A stretch of DNA of 64,000 nucleotides from Pseudobdellovibrionaceae bacterium (GCA_039810425.1 JBDHWW010000011.1:12223-76222), one strand, 5' to 3'; shown: positions 38,575 through 49,079, numbered from the stretch's first letter. Program-made: numbers and translations. The notes: generated by a model not told the origin, from the letters alone.

Positions 38575-41500
38575 TTAATAAGTTAAAGGCATTCTCAAAA
38601 TTGTATCCTTGCAGCGGAAGTCGAGTGCATGGCTTGTGGCCCCGCCCACAAAAACCGGTGTCGCCAGCGGCGTGCATCCCGCCGCAGCAAATCTCAAGCG
38701 CGCAGGTGACACCACTTCAATAACTTTCTGCGCTGAACCAGTCCCTGCAAAAACCGGGACAAGCATTTTGACCCCGCGATTCAGGCCCGACCGCTCTGTT
38801 GTGAACAGAGCTGGCAGGCGTGTCGACGGATTCTTCGTATCTCCGAGAGTCACCGGGAAATACAAGTTCGTCATGAGCATGTCCGGATAGAACGTATAGC
38901 GCTCCATGCTGTGTGATGCCACTTGGTGATGGTCTAAATCGTGATATTGGATATCGCTGTTTGTCAGTACAAAGGCGCCGTTTCGGTTGTCACCGGCAAA
39001 TGCGGCGCGCACCCACAAGGCGGAGTCCGTTTGGGAGTTCTGAGCTTGCAGGGTGTTGTCGATAATATCAAGGTTTTTGTTGTCGAAGATTGACAGGCGC
39101 TGCTCGCGAAGCAGCCCTTCACCGAACCAGAAGTTGCCGGCGAAAACACGGTCGTCGCTAGAAGTATTGTACACTTTATCGACGCGTGTTTCGAAGATGT
39201 TGCGGTAGTTGCCGGCCTGGCCAAAGCTGCCCATTTCGGCGAAGTTGATCACTTGGCCGTCAAGAACTTCAGCGACTGCGAACTTGTAGAGGTAAGAAGC
39301 TTTGGCTTCAGTGCCTTCATTCATTGCAAGCAGTACCGGAACCGCACCACGCTGGATTTGATCCGGGCGGGCTTCGATCACATCGACGAAACGGTACCCT
39401 TGGTAGTCATCGAGACTGCGCAAAGTTGTTTCGTTCTCAAGATAGTAGAAGCGGGTTTTGTTGCCTTCGATCCCATCCGGATTTTCCCAACGGTCTTTGA
39501 GACCGCGTTTCTTTTGCGGATCTTTACCGCCGCCCACCCAAGCCGGGAATTTCTTGCCGTGACTTGTGTGCCAGTAGATATCGTAAGGGATCAAAGCTTT
39601 TTCGCTGGTGTATTTGAAATTCTTCACCAAGTGCATGTCTTGATCGAAGATGAAGAACTGCATGTTGGTTTTTGTTTCATCTTCTGGCGATTCGTCCAAA
39701 TAACCGATCACGTATTCACTGCGGCCGTCGCCATCCCAGTCAAGACGGGCGGCCACCTGCTCACGGAACGCATCGGGATCTCCGACAGGCTCGTCGAGAT
39801 CAATCTTTGTGTTGCCACGGACTTGGTACTGATTTTTTTCTTGGCGCACTAACCAGAGCTCGCGGCTGTTATCGTCTTCAGAGAAGGCGATGTAGTCGCG
39901 GCCTGTTGGCTGGCCATCTAAGTTTTGGTCTATCGGAAGGAAGTCAAGACGGTCACGCTGGGGCAAGCCTTTGATCGGCAGAACCTGCATCTCGGCATCA
40001 TTGATTGTTGGTGAAACAGGCACTGTGACGTCGACATCGAGAATGAAGCGGCGTTGAGAGCCGCTTGGCAAGGTGACTTGGCCAATCAAATCCAACTCGC
40101 CAGGCATACGTGGAGCCGTTTGCAAACGTACGACATATGTGCGAACTTCGCCTTGGACCCAAGTACCCGAATAACTTTGCTTTGGATTGACGGCTAATAC
40201 AACCGGGCGAATCGCCTCGGCGTGGGGCTTTGCAAAGTAGAACTGCGTCTGCACTTTTGAAGCATCTATGGACGCCCATTTATTCACAAGGCTGACTTCA
40301 ACGTCGATGCTCGAAGCCTGGCGATTCCACTGGATTTCGATTTTTTCTTTTGTCGCAGGAACGATCAATGGCTGCAGGCTCACCGCAAGAGCCTTCGTAA
40401 CATCAAGCTGGCCCGCCAAAAGATATCTCGGCGCCGCTTCTGTATTGATCGTGATCTTTTGTCCGCCGACAAGATTCTCAATCAAGTTGAGGCCTTGTTG
40501 GAGCGGGCGAGAGCCCAAGATCAAGCGCGGCAGGATCTCATTTGTTGGAATTCCACGGGCCAGCATTTCAGCCACGGCGCCCGTCACAAAGGGTGTCGCC
40601 TGGGAGGTCCCAGACAAATATTCATAACCGAGAGTGGATCTAAATCTGACGGGGCGAATGCTTTCAGGGAAGGTGCTAAGGATATTCACGCCAGGTGCCG
40701 CAATATCAACGCCGCTGCCAAAGTTTGAAAAGTGCGCAAGCGCGCCATCTGGACCTGTTGCGCCGACACAGATAACACCCGGGTAGGTGCAAGGGCGAAG
40801 AAGTGCACGAGTTGAGTCGTTACCGGCTGCCGCCACGATGATGATACCGCGGCGTTGGGCTTCGCCGATGGCGTCACGCATGATTTGCGAGTCTTGTCCC
40901 GCAGGCCAACCCATCGAGAACGTAATCACTTTTGCCCCTGAGTGAATCGCATACATCACACCACGAGCCACGCTGTCACCAAGGCTGCGCGGAGGCGTGC
41001 GGTTATCCTCTGCCGGGGCGATATCGACAGAGTAAGGCTTGATTGGCTCAGAAGGTTGCTCACCTAAAACTTGAACCGGAAGAATTTCGACGTTGTTACT
41101 GATACCGCGGACGCCGATGCCGTTGCCAGCAATCGCCGCGATGATCCCCGCAACGTGGGTCCCGTGGCCTTGATCGTCGTCAAAGTCCGGACGGCCCATG
41201 ATTTGCGCGGCGTTTTTACCGCCAAGCAAGCTCCAACCTTGGCAATCCAGGGGATAGCCGTTGTGATCTTGATCGACTTCTGGATTTTTTAAATCCATCC
41301 ATTTTTTTTCGCACTGTTTGCGATCGCCTTCTTGAACGCAAGCAAGGAACTTTTCTAAAGCGGCGCACTCCGTGGGGTTGCGATGAATGATGGCTTTCAA
41401 GTCCGGATGATCTTTTTGGATGCCGGTATCTAGAACCGCCACCAGAATTTTTTTAGAAGCTTGGACAGGGGCCGGCGCCCCGACGTCTTCGCCGCTGCGA

Positions 41501-41655
41501 GCCGGCACTTTATAAGTATGCATTGGATCCAAGTCGATGATCTGAGCCGTGCCGTCGTTATGGAGACCCCATTGGTTTTTCTCAAAGAGGTCGCCTGCGG
41601 CATGAGCGGAAAGGGCCGTGAATGTGATCAGCGGAAGAAGCTGCAAATATTTCAT
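38575..41655 (-). CDS. Secreted subtilisin-like (S8) serine protease with a large C-terminal extension
   Basis: VAVLDTG (Asp), HGTHVAG (His), AAAGN, SGTSQATP (Ser); DWDGDG Ca-loop. Confidence 0.92.
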   Translation of the reverse strand: MKYLQLLPLITFTALSAHAAGDLFEKNQWGLHNDGTAQIIDLDPMHTYKVPARSGEDVGAPAPVQASKKILVAVLDTGIQKDHPDLKAIIHRNPTECAALEKFLACVQEGDRKQCEKKWMDLKNPEVDQDHNGYPLDCQGWSLLGGKNAAQIMGRPDFDDDQGHGTHVAGIIAAIAGNGIGVRGISNNVEILPVQVLGEQPSEPIKPYSVDIAPAEDNRTPPRSLGDSVARGVMYAIHSGAKVITFSMGWPAGQDSQIMRDAIGEAQRRGIIIVAAAGNDSTRALLRPCTYPGVICVGATGPDGALAHFSNFGSGVDIAAPGVNILSTFPESIRPVRFRSTLGYEYLSGTSQATPFVTGAVAEMLARGIPTNEILPRLILGSRPLQQGLNLIENLVGGQKITINTEAAPRYLLAGQLDVTKALAVSLQPLIVPATKEKIEIQWNRQASSIDVEVSLVNKWASIDASKVQTQFYFAKPHAEAIRPVVLAVNPKQSYSGTWVQGEVRTYVVRLQTAPRMPGELDLIGQVTLPSGSQRRFILDVDVTVPVSPTINDAEMQVLPIKGLPQRDRLDFLPIDQNLDGQPTGRDYIAFSEDDNSRELWLVRQEKNQYQVRGNTKIDLDEPVGDPDAFREQVAARLDWDGDGRSEYVIGYLDESPEDETKTNMQFFIFDQDMHLVKNFKYTSEKALIPYDIYWHTSHGKKFPAWVGGGKDPQKKRGLKDRWENPDGIEGNKTRFYYLENETTLRSLDDYQGYRFVDVIEARPDQIQRGAVPVLLAMNEGTEAKASYLYKFAVAEVLDGQVINFAEMGSFGQAGNYRNIFETRVDKVYNTSSDDRVFAGNFWFGEGLLREQRLSIFDNKNLDIIDNTLQAQNSQTDSALWVRAAFAGDNRNGAFVLTNSDIQYHDLDHHQVASHSMERYTFYPDMLMTNLYFPVTLGDTKNPSTRLPALFTTERSGLNRGVKMLVPVFAGTGSAQKVIEVVSPARLRFAAAGCTPLATPVFVGGATSHALDFRCKDTILRMPLTY

Positions 41656-44600
41656 CGGAAGCCTGCCTGTGATTTATCCAGTTCAATCGGAGAAATACGT
41701 GTCTTGTTCGCATACATGTTGATCAAGCCATTGGCGTAATCGATGTTTGTTTTTGGATCACCCAGGCTGTTAGAGAAATACTCAAGATCACCGTCCTCAT
41801 CGCCTTCCCGGAAGCCGTTAATGCGGATCACAAACACATAGTTCTCTTCACCCAAGTATTTGAGTAACTGTGGCAAGGGGACTTGTTCGTCGAGGACATA
41901 AAGAACTTTAGTCGTCCAGCGCACTTGTTCGGCTTTGTCTTTCGGGTACTCGCCGCCGAGGTCGATCAGCTTCTTAGTCCAGTTGTTCAAGCAGTCGAAG
42001 TAAGTCCCGTTCCACCAGATACCGGTATTGTCGAGGCCGCTCGTGTCGCCACCGGAGTTTTGCTTATGCAACTGACATTGAACATTATAGTTTGCAAGAC
42101 CAGCTTGTTGATCGCCGTTACCGAGAATTGTCATCAGGTCTAAGAAGAACTCTTTGTCACCCGGGCGGCCTTGGCGACCGATTTTTTCGCTGAGTTTTTG
42201 CGCGAGTTTGCCGAGGAAGTTTTGCTTTGCCATTGGCTTGCCGTCCCATTCCGGCTGGATCAGCAAGTCGCGGATCTTATCAAGACCACCTGGTAAAACT
42301 GACAACTGCGCCGTAATACGATAGAAGTTGATGGCTGATGTGTTTGCAAACGCTTCCGGCTCAATCAAGCGGTACGGAGCCAGTGGGGTGTTTTTAAACT
42401 GCGCTTGCACTTCGTCGATCAACTTGAAGAACTTGTTTGAGTTCAAGTGCCAGCCGCCCCAGACGTGCTGAAGCACAGCTACGTTTGGATATTGAGTCCC
42501 ATTCAGGCTCAAGTCGCCTTCGGTATTGATGATCCGCCAGTATGCTTTCCCGAACGGAGTGTTCGCCGGATTTGGATCGTCTGAGCCCCCCAAATCCACT
42601 TTTGAATTGCTCCATTTTTTGTTGATGATCGCTTGGATCCAGTCTGTCGCAAAGCCGAGGAGATCCCGACCGACGAGCTCACCACGTTTGTTCGAGAGCA
42701 AGACCACTTCTTCATTTTTTGGATCAAGCTCAGGAGCGTCCGGGTTGCGGGGATAGAGGATCTTCAAGAGATGGTCCTCATTGAAGTTATCAAGGCGCAT
42801 GGCCAAGAACTTGCTACGCACCTCTTTGGTTTTCATTTCGTGCGTGATTTCGAATTTTTTGTATTGGAAGCGTGAATACAGAATCTCTGTGTCATTGCCG
42901 CGGAAGAGCGCAATCAAAGCCGGCCGCAGATTTTCACGAGTCTCGAGGAAATCCTTTGCGTACTTCTGATCTGCAGAGCCCTCATCAATCATGTCACCCA
43001 AAGCCGGATTGTAGTCGATCACGAAAGTGTCTGTATGAAGGTCCGCAGTGTTTGTGCTGGCGCGGATATTCATAATGTTGATGAAGTAGTTCAAATCGAA
43101 GCTCAAACCGAAGACTTTGTTGCTTTGTTCGCGAACAAAGACTTGGAGGCCTTGCGCCGTGCGCATGAAGCTCGTTTGGCGAAGAATCGCACGAGCCCCG
43201 TCCGCGCCAATGCTGACAGAGTTTAGGAAGTTCAATGGCGTGATACCCATCAATACATCGAGTGAAGAGCTTAGCTGTGCATAGCCCGCGAGAGTGACAG
43301 AATCGGTGATCGTGAAGACTTCCCCCTCGCGCAGGTCGTTCAACATCACATCGATCGCGTACTTACCATCTTCGGTCTTTTCTTTTGCCAGAACGTTGGT
43401 GAGGCCCTTCATGAACTTTGGAATAACGAGATCTTTCCAAGAAACCTTTGTGCCTTCCGTGATGGAGAGCAGCGGGCGAACGTGGGTGTAATCACGTTGA
43501 ATCATGATATTTGCGCCGCCTAGAGGAGTGATTTTGGGAATACCATCCAGAACGAGGAAGTACCCAAGGCGAGCCGCCACGGAAACATTGTCAACGAGCT
43601 GAATCGCCGCGGAACTTCCGTAATATGTGCCGGTTGTCACGTTACGGGTTGCTGAAAGATTGAAGCCGCCGACAGGTCCGCCCCAGCTTTCAACGTTTTG
43701 GTAGAGTGGCTGATCCGGGTGCTGGGTGAGATGCTGGGCGATTCGGTTCTGAATGTCCATGCGACGGTTGTTGACGAGATCGCCAACACTCAAGAGATCC
43801 AATTTCTCATTGATGTGGTTCATCACAGTGGCAATCGCGGCAGAACGCCCGCGGATACCTAGGTAGCGCTCGAAGTCGCCGTCTTTAAATGGGCTTTCGC
43901 GATCGCCGTGGGCAAAACGCTGGGGGTAACCTGGAACCAGTTCTTTCGTCACTTTACCGTCTTTTACAAGGCCGGATGGAGAGTTGATTTTCAGGCTTGG
44001 CAATTTCCAAGGCTTAGAGAGATTGAAAAGTTCCATCGCGTTGTTGGCGCGATAAAGAAGCTTTGCATAGATGAGTTGTTCCAGCTCAGCGGGAAAAGCG
44101 CCGGCTTTTACGATCTCCATGAAGTCTTGCTCAGTGAACTGATTTAACCGGCGAAGCAACCAACGAGCGTCTTCATAAGAGCAAGCCGAGAAGGACTCGG
44201 CGGAAGGGTGCGTGATAACGATGTAGTTGGAAAGGACAGAAGCATATTTAGGAGAGAACCGGTTCACGCTCTCGGGGAGATCAACGAGAGAGAAAGGAAT
44301 AATCAAAGCACGATAGGCACGGTACCGAGAGAATCTTTGCACGACAGCGACTTGTGCAGGATCATTCGGGTCTGGAGCATAACCCCACTGAATATCAAAA
44401 TAGTCCGCAGTTGCTTGTTCAAGAACGGCATCTGAGAAGACAAGGGAGTGATCCTTTTTGTCGTCTTCAGTCACCCAACCGCGGCTTTCGAAATCCGAGA
44501 TCATGGTTTCTTGGGCCATTCTCAGAAAGTCTTCTTTTTCCGCCTCAGATTTAAAATAGACACGGAGATTTTTTGAATATTGCGGAGTTGGCACAAAATA

Positions 44601-45017
44601 GCCGAGTTTCTTTAAGAGAGCGGCACGCATCAGCGTCGCATGGGTCATGCGACTCAGACTCAGGCGGTAAAAAAGTGCAGGGTTGGTGCTGGATTGCACC
44701 CTGGCCATGAAAGTGAATGGCAGCTGGGCTTCGGAGGATTGATAGAGGACCTTTGTTTCTTTTGGCTGCGAAGCATCTGCCAGAGGATACTTTTGATTCT
44801 GCCACATCTTATTTTCTTGGGGATTTAGGATGCTTAGGTCTTGTCCGGCCTGCGCCAGACTCGCCGCCTGACCAACATCCAAAACCGCTCCCGTCGAGGA
44901 AACGAGATCTGAGGCGGGCTTTTTGACTACCTTGAGCGGGATAGAGACGCTTTCGGCATTTGCTTGAGCATTCAGAAAAATGACAGCTAAGACAAAAAGA
45001 CTTCTTAAGATGTTCAC
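41652..45017 (-). CDS. Large secreted hypothetical protein (N-terminal atypical-kinase-like region)
   Basis: GGAGGGG RBS; signal peptide ending ANA; ATGA overlap with the subtilase. Confidence 0.8.
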   Translation of the reverse strand: MNILRSLFVLAVIFLNAQANAESVSIPLKVVKKPASDLVSSTGAVLDVGQAASLAQAGQDLSILNPQENKMWQNQKYPLADASQPKETKVLYQSSEAQLPFTFMARVQSSTNPALFYRLSLSRMTHATLMRAALLKKLGYFVPTPQYSKNLRVYFKSEAEKEDFLRMAQETMISDFESRGWVTEDDKKDHSLVFSDAVLEQATADYFDIQWGYAPDPNDPAQVAVVQRFSRYRAYRALIIPFSLVDLPESVNRFSPKYASVLSNYIVITHPSAESFSACSYEDARWLLRRLNQFTEQDFMEIVKAGAFPAELEQLIYAKLLYRANNAMELFNLSKPWKLPSLKINSPSGLVKDGKVTKELVPGYPQRFAHGDRESPFKDGDFERYLGIRGRSAAIATVMNHINEKLDLLSVGDLVNNRRMDIQNRIAQHLTQHPDQPLYQNVESWGGPVGGFNLSATRNVTTGTYYGSSAAIQLVDNVSVAARLGYFLVLDGIPKITPLGGANIMIQRDYTHVRPLLSITEGTKVSWKDLVIPKFMKGLTNVLAKEKTEDGKYAIDVMLNDLREGEVFTITDSVTLAGYAQLSSSLDVLMGITPLNFLNSVSIGADGARAILRQTSFMRTAQGLQVFVREQSNKVFGLSFDLNYFINIMNIRASTNTADLHTDTFVIDYNPALGDMIDEGSADQKYAKDFLETRENLRPALIALFRGNDTEILYSRFQYKKFEITHEMKTKEVRSKFLAMRLDNFNEDHLLKILYPRNPDAPELDPKNEEVVLLSNKRGELVGRDLLGFATDWIQAIINKKWSNSKVDLGGSDDPNPANTPFGKAYWRIINTEGDLSLNGTQYPNVAVLQHVWGGWHLNSNKFFKLIDEVQAQFKNTPLAPYRLIEPEAFANTSAINFYRITAQLSVLPGGLDKIRDLLIQPEWDGKPMAKQNFLGKLAQKLSEKIGRQGRPGDKEFFLDLMTILGNGDQQAGLANYNVQCQLHKQNSGGDTSGLDNTGIWWNGTYFDCLNNWTKKLIDLGGEYPKDKAEQVRWTTKVLYVLDEQVPLPQLLKYLGEENYVFVIRINGFREGDEDGDLEYFSNSLGDPKTNIDYANGLINMYANKTRISPIELDKSQAGFR

Positions 45018-45074
45018 GAATACCCCTCCGCATTGGTGTCATATTGACCTAAGTCCAGGTCTGACTCAGTACTA

Positions 45075-45090
45075 AGCAAGTCTCATACCT
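45075..45090 (-). promoter_or_regulatory. Putative sigma-54 promoter of the 45017-37026 operon
   Basis: Minus strand AGGTATGAGACTTGCT = GG-N10-GC with TTGC. Confidence 0.55.
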
Positions 45091-45169
45091 AACGCACCGC
45101 AATCGACTTTGGGTCGAAAGGTCCGGGGTGACTTATATTTCACGGGGACTTTATTTAAACTAAAAGAAG

Positions 45170-45814
45170 ATGAAAAAGTATCTCTTACTGGGGCTGTTAT
45201 CAGTAAATGTGTTCCTTGCCTGCGGACGTGTTCCGAAGGTGGGGCCAGAAACCGCCGAAAAGCTCGCGACCGAGTCGCAGAAGGATTGCGGTTTTGTCCA
45301 AAACAGTTATGGGCAACGAGTTTCCTGGAAACAAAGTCTTCCGATAAAGATGTATATAGACCCAATGGTTCCAACTGAATACGATACGGTCCTGAGAGAG
45401 GCCGCGAAAAAGTGGGAAGACGTCCTGGGTCGCACGTTGTTTGTTTTCGAACGGGCAACATGGGCATCAACACCCGCTAAAGACAATCGTAACATTGTGT
45501 ATTGGATGAACCCTTGGAACAACCCCGATACAAAGCTCCAAGCGATGAGTTCTTTGTCATGGACCAACAATCAGCTGGTGGAAGCCGACGTCAAAGTCGA
45601 TGCTCAATTTTATACTTATTTTGTGACCTATCCGAATTCGAATACGGATGTGCACCTCCTGAGTTTGCTCGTGCACGAACTGGGGCATGTGTTGGGTTTG
45701 AAGCATCTCGCTAACGGAAGTTCTTCTGTGATGTTGTCTGTGCTTGATTATTTGGTGAAGCGTGAGATTCCAACCGCCGAAGACATCGCTGACTTGAAGT
45801 GCGAATATAATTAG
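45170..45814 (+). CDS. Matrixin-family (M10) metalloprotease lipoprotein
   Basis: FLAC lipobox; HELGHVLGLKH; Met-turn SSVM. Confidence 0.9.
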   Translation: MKKYLLLGLLSVNVFLACGRVPKVGPETAEKLATESQKDCGFVQNSYGQRVSWKQSLPIKMYIDPMVPTEYDTVLREAAKKWEDVLGRTLFVFERATWASTPAKDNRNIVYWMNPWNNPDTKLQAMSSLSWTNNQLVEADVKVDAQFYTYFVTYPNSNTDVHLLSLLVHELGHVLGLKHLANGSSSVMLSVLDYLVKREIPTAEDIADLKCEYN

Positions 45815-45821
45815 GAGTTTT

Positions 45822-46490
45822 GTGAAAACATCAAAAAGTCGTTTTTTAATCGGACTCGCGTTGTTGCTTCTCGGGGGAATTTACCTCGGGGGCCGCTTGT
45901 TCCTGCAAAAGCGTCATGTTGCTTCTTTTGATGGCACAATCACGACGAGTAACGGGGCGAGCTATTATGATTTAAGTGAATTGACCGGGACTGCGTTTTT
46001 GAAGTCGGCGAAGGTTGCAATGTCTCAAGGCTTGCAAGTTCAACTTGGGGCAGCCACTGCGGGGCTGACTGTCGGTAACTTTCTCGTCAAGAACTCCCAA
46101 GGTTCAAAGGTGTATGCCTGTGAAGTCTATCCTGACTTGGAGATCACTCTGCAAGCAGAAGGTATCGCGTATTCCGGAAGTATTCCGACGATCATCGTGC
46201 AGGGCCCTTGTTTGAACTCTGATGACGGTCAAACGATTCAGGCTTTGCCTCTTCCATTAAAGGGCCTTTATCAGAATGTTCGCCAGAATCCGATGTGGAA
46301 AGTTCCCCTCGGGGACCGTGGTGACAGCTTTATGGTTTCTGCGCGGTTTTTATACAGCGAGTGGCCGACGGCTTGGAACGTCGTTGGGGTGAAGTTGTCC
46401 AATGACCAAGAAAGTATCGCGATGGATGGCTACGAAATCATTTCCCTTCTGGACCAGCCACTGGCTTTAGATTTGTCTGAAGAACCGTGA
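45822..46490 (+). CDS. Membrane-anchored hypothetical protein
   Basis: AGGAG RBS; N-terminal TM helix; Cys pair. Confidence 0.7.
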   Translation: MKTSKSRFLIGLALLLLGGIYLGGRLFLQKRHVASFDGTITTSNGASYYDLSELTGTAFLKSAKVAMSQGLQVQLGAATAGLTVGNFLVKNSQGSKVYACEVYPDLEITLQAEGIAYSGSIPTIIVQGPCLNSDDGQTIQALPLPLKGLYQNVRQNPMWKVPLGDRGDSFMVSARFLYSEWPTAWNVVGVKLSNDQESIAMDGYEIISLLDQPLALDLSEEP

Positions 46491-47185
46491 TGGTGAGCAG
46501 AAAAAAATTTTTTCAATCAACCGTAGACTTTCCAGATCCGAGAGATGCCCTGGCTGAAGGGGTTTTGGCTGTGGGAGGCCTCTTGGATGTAGACACTCTT
46601 TACACCGCCTATGGCCTCGGCGTCTTTCCGTGGCCGCATCCCGAATATCCGTTGCTTTGGTTTTCGCCTGAAAAGCGCGGGATCATCGAGTTCTCAGATC
46701 TGCATATCAGCCGCAGCTTCGATAAATTTGTGCGTCATCATGGCGGGGAGTTTGAAATCACCGTCGATCAAGCTTTCACGCAAGTCGTTCGCGAGTGCGC
46801 AAAACAGCCTCGGCCCGGCCAAGAAGGCACGTGGATTTTGCCGCCGATGATAAAGGCCTATATCGACTTTCACAATGCGGGTTATGCTCACAGTGTGGAG
46901 GTCTGGCATAAACGCCAGTTGGTGGGTGGTATCTACGGGGTTTTTGTAAAGGGGATGTTTAGTGGCGAAAGCATGTTCTATAAGACGCCGAATGCGTCGA
47001 AGCTCGCTTTGTTTCATTTGATTAAGCTTTTAGAGTCCTGGGGCCTTGAATGGATGGATATCCAGATGGTGACGCCCGTGACTAAATCTTTTGGCGGTAA
47101 GTACCTTGAGCGTGAGGAGTTTTTATCTAAACTCGCGCAAACTCAGGACGAGAATGAGAATGCAATCTTCCCGTGGACGTGTTAA
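46487..47185 (+). CDS. aat: Leucyl/phenylalanyl-tRNA--protein transferase
   Basis: LAVGG, GVFPW, LLWFSP, AHSVEVW, LVGGIYG, FSGESMF, NASKLA. Confidence 0.95.
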   Translation: MMVSRKKFFQSTVDFPDPRDALAEGVLAVGGLLDVDTLYTAYGLGVFPWPHPEYPLLWFSPEKRGIIEFSDLHISRSFDKFVRHHGGEFEITVDQAFTQVVRECAKQPRPGQEGTWILPPMIKAYIDFHNAGYAHSVEVWHKRQLVGGIYGVFVKGMFSGESMFYKTPNASKLALFHLIKLLESWGLEWMDIQMVTPVTKSFGGKYLEREEFLSKLAQTQDENENAIFPWTC

Positions 47186-47193
47186 GACGTCTC

Positions 47194-49011
47194 ATGGCTT
47201 TGCTTATCAGTACTCATCAGCTCGAGAAATCTTTTGCGGGTAAAACTTTGTTTTCTGGCGTCAGCCTCGGCATTGAGGACGGCGATAAGGTTGGCCTCGT
47301 CGGGCCAAACGGAGCCGGTAAATCGACATTAATGAAAATCTTGGCGGGCACAAGCCAAGCCGATGGCGGCAAAGTCACGCCGAAAAAAGGCCTGCGCCTG
47401 GGCTTCTTACCGCAGACACCGGTGTTTGCAGAGCGTGAGACTATTATGCAAGCCCTGCTAAGCCACGCTCACGATCCTGATGAAGCCTTGGGCTTGGCCT
47501 ATGAGTGGCTGGCGCGTTTGGATCTGACTCAGTTTGGTGAAGATTTTCTCGTCTCGGATTTGAGTGGTGGCTGGCAAAAGCGCGTGGCTTTGGCGCGCGA
47601 ACTGGTGACGGAGCCCGAGTTATTGCTTCTGGATGAACCGACGAATCACTTGGACGTTGTCAGCATCCTATGGCTTGAAGAGTTTTTGCAGAAGGCGTCG
47701 TTTGCATTCTTGATAGTCACCCACGATCGTTTGTTCTTACAGCGCGTGGTGAATAAGGTCTTCGACTTGGATCCTCGAAATCCAAATAATTTATTATCGG
47801 TGAACGGGGACTACGTTCAGTATCTTGAAACGAAAGAGCAGCTATTGGCGGCGCAAGCAAAGCATGAGCAAGTTTTAAAAAACACTCTTCGTCGTGAAAC
47901 CGAATGGCTTCGTCGTGGGGCGATCGCACGTCTCGCAAAACAGAAGGCGCGTATTAACCGCGCCGGCGATTTGAAGGACGACGTGGAAAACCTTGTCGAA
48001 AAGAACCGTCACCGTGTCGCGAATATTAACTTTGGCGATGCCGAAAGAAATCCGCAAAAACTGATTGAAATTAAAGACGTTTACAAAAGTTATGATCATC
48101 GCGCTTTGATTGAAAACTTCAGCTATTTGATCACGCCAAAAACGCGCTTGGCTCTGTTAGGAGAAAATGGCAGCGGAAAAAGTACGCTGATTAAAATGAT
48201 GCTCGGCTATGAACGGCCTGACAGCGGCAGCGTTTTTTTGTCAGATAAGGTGAAGGTTTCTTATTTCGAGCAAAATCGCGGCAACCTGGATATGAATAAA
48301 AGTGTGTTGAAAAATATCTGCCCGGATGGCGACTATGTTTCTTTCCAGGGGCAGTATGTTTTCGCCCGCAGTTATCTTGAACGCTTCCTATTCTCGCGCC
48401 AACAAATGGATCTGCCGGTGGGGCGTTTGTCAGGTGGCGAGCAAAGCCGTTTGCGTATTGCGCAACTCATGTTGCAAGAAGCTTCGGTTTTGGTGCTCGA
48501 TGAACCGACGAATGATTTGGACGTCGCAACATTAGAGGTTTTGAGTGATGCCATTCAGAACTTTAACGGTGCCGTGATCTTGGTCACGCATGATCGTTAT
48601 TTCATGGATCAAGTCGCGGCGGATATTTTAAGTTTTCCGCGAAAAGACAACCCTTCGAAGAAACTTGAACGCTTTGTCGGGTATTTACAATGGGAAGAAG
48701 CTTGGCTTGCGGAAGAGTCTGGTGAAGTAAGACCGGCGCAAGGCGTTTTGCCTGTTGAGCCGGCGAAACCCGCAGCGAAGGTGCAGCGGATGTCTTTTAA
48801 GCTCAAGAATGAACTTGAAGGCATGGAAGCAAAAATTCTTGGTATGGAAGATGATCTTGCGAAAATGGAAGTGGAATCTGCTTCTGCCGAAGTTATTAGT
48901 AATGCCACGCGGCTGCAGGAACTTCATGTGAAGATGTCTAAACTGCAGACGGATATCGAAACCTCTTACGCCCGCTGGGCGGAACTCGAGAAAATCGCAA
49001 AGGGTGAATAA
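47194..49011 (+). CDS. uup: ABC-F family ATPase (Uup-like)
   Basis: Two NBDs (GPNGAGKST, LSGGW, DEPTNHLD; GENGSGKST, LSGGE, DEPTNDLD); no TMD; C-terminal coiled coil ending ARWAELE. Confidence 0.88.
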   Translation: MALLISTHQLEKSFAGKTLFSGVSLGIEDGDKVGLVGPNGAGKSTLMKILAGTSQADGGKVTPKKGLRLGFLPQTPVFAERETIMQALLSHAHDPDEALGLAYEWLARLDLTQFGEDFLVSDLSGGWQKRVALARELVTEPELLLLDEPTNHLDVVSILWLEEFLQKASFAFLIVTHDRLFLQRVVNKVFDLDPRNPNNLLSVNGDYVQYLETKEQLLAAQAKHEQVLKNTLRRETEWLRRGAIARLAKQKARINRAGDLKDDVENLVEKNRHRVANINFGDAERNPQKLIEIKDVYKSYDHRALIENFSYLITPKTRLALLGENGSGKSTLIKMMLGYERPDSGSVFLSDKVKVSYFEQNRGNLDMNKSVLKNICPDGDYVSFQGQYVFARSYLERFLFSRQQMDLPVGRLSGGEQSRLRIAQLMLQEASVLVLDEPTNDLDVATLEVLSDAIQNFNGAVILVTHDRYFMDQVAADILSFPRKDNPSKKLERFVGYLQWEEAWLAEESGEVRPAQGVLPVEPAKPAAKVQRMSFKLKNELEGMEAKILGMEDDLAKMEVESASAEVISNATRLQELHVKMSKLQTDIETSYARWAELEKIAKGE

Positions 49012-49079
49012 CACATCCTGCGATAAGCACATTGACAAATTTGCACAGTCATAAGTTAATTAATTTAAAGGTGGTTTAA

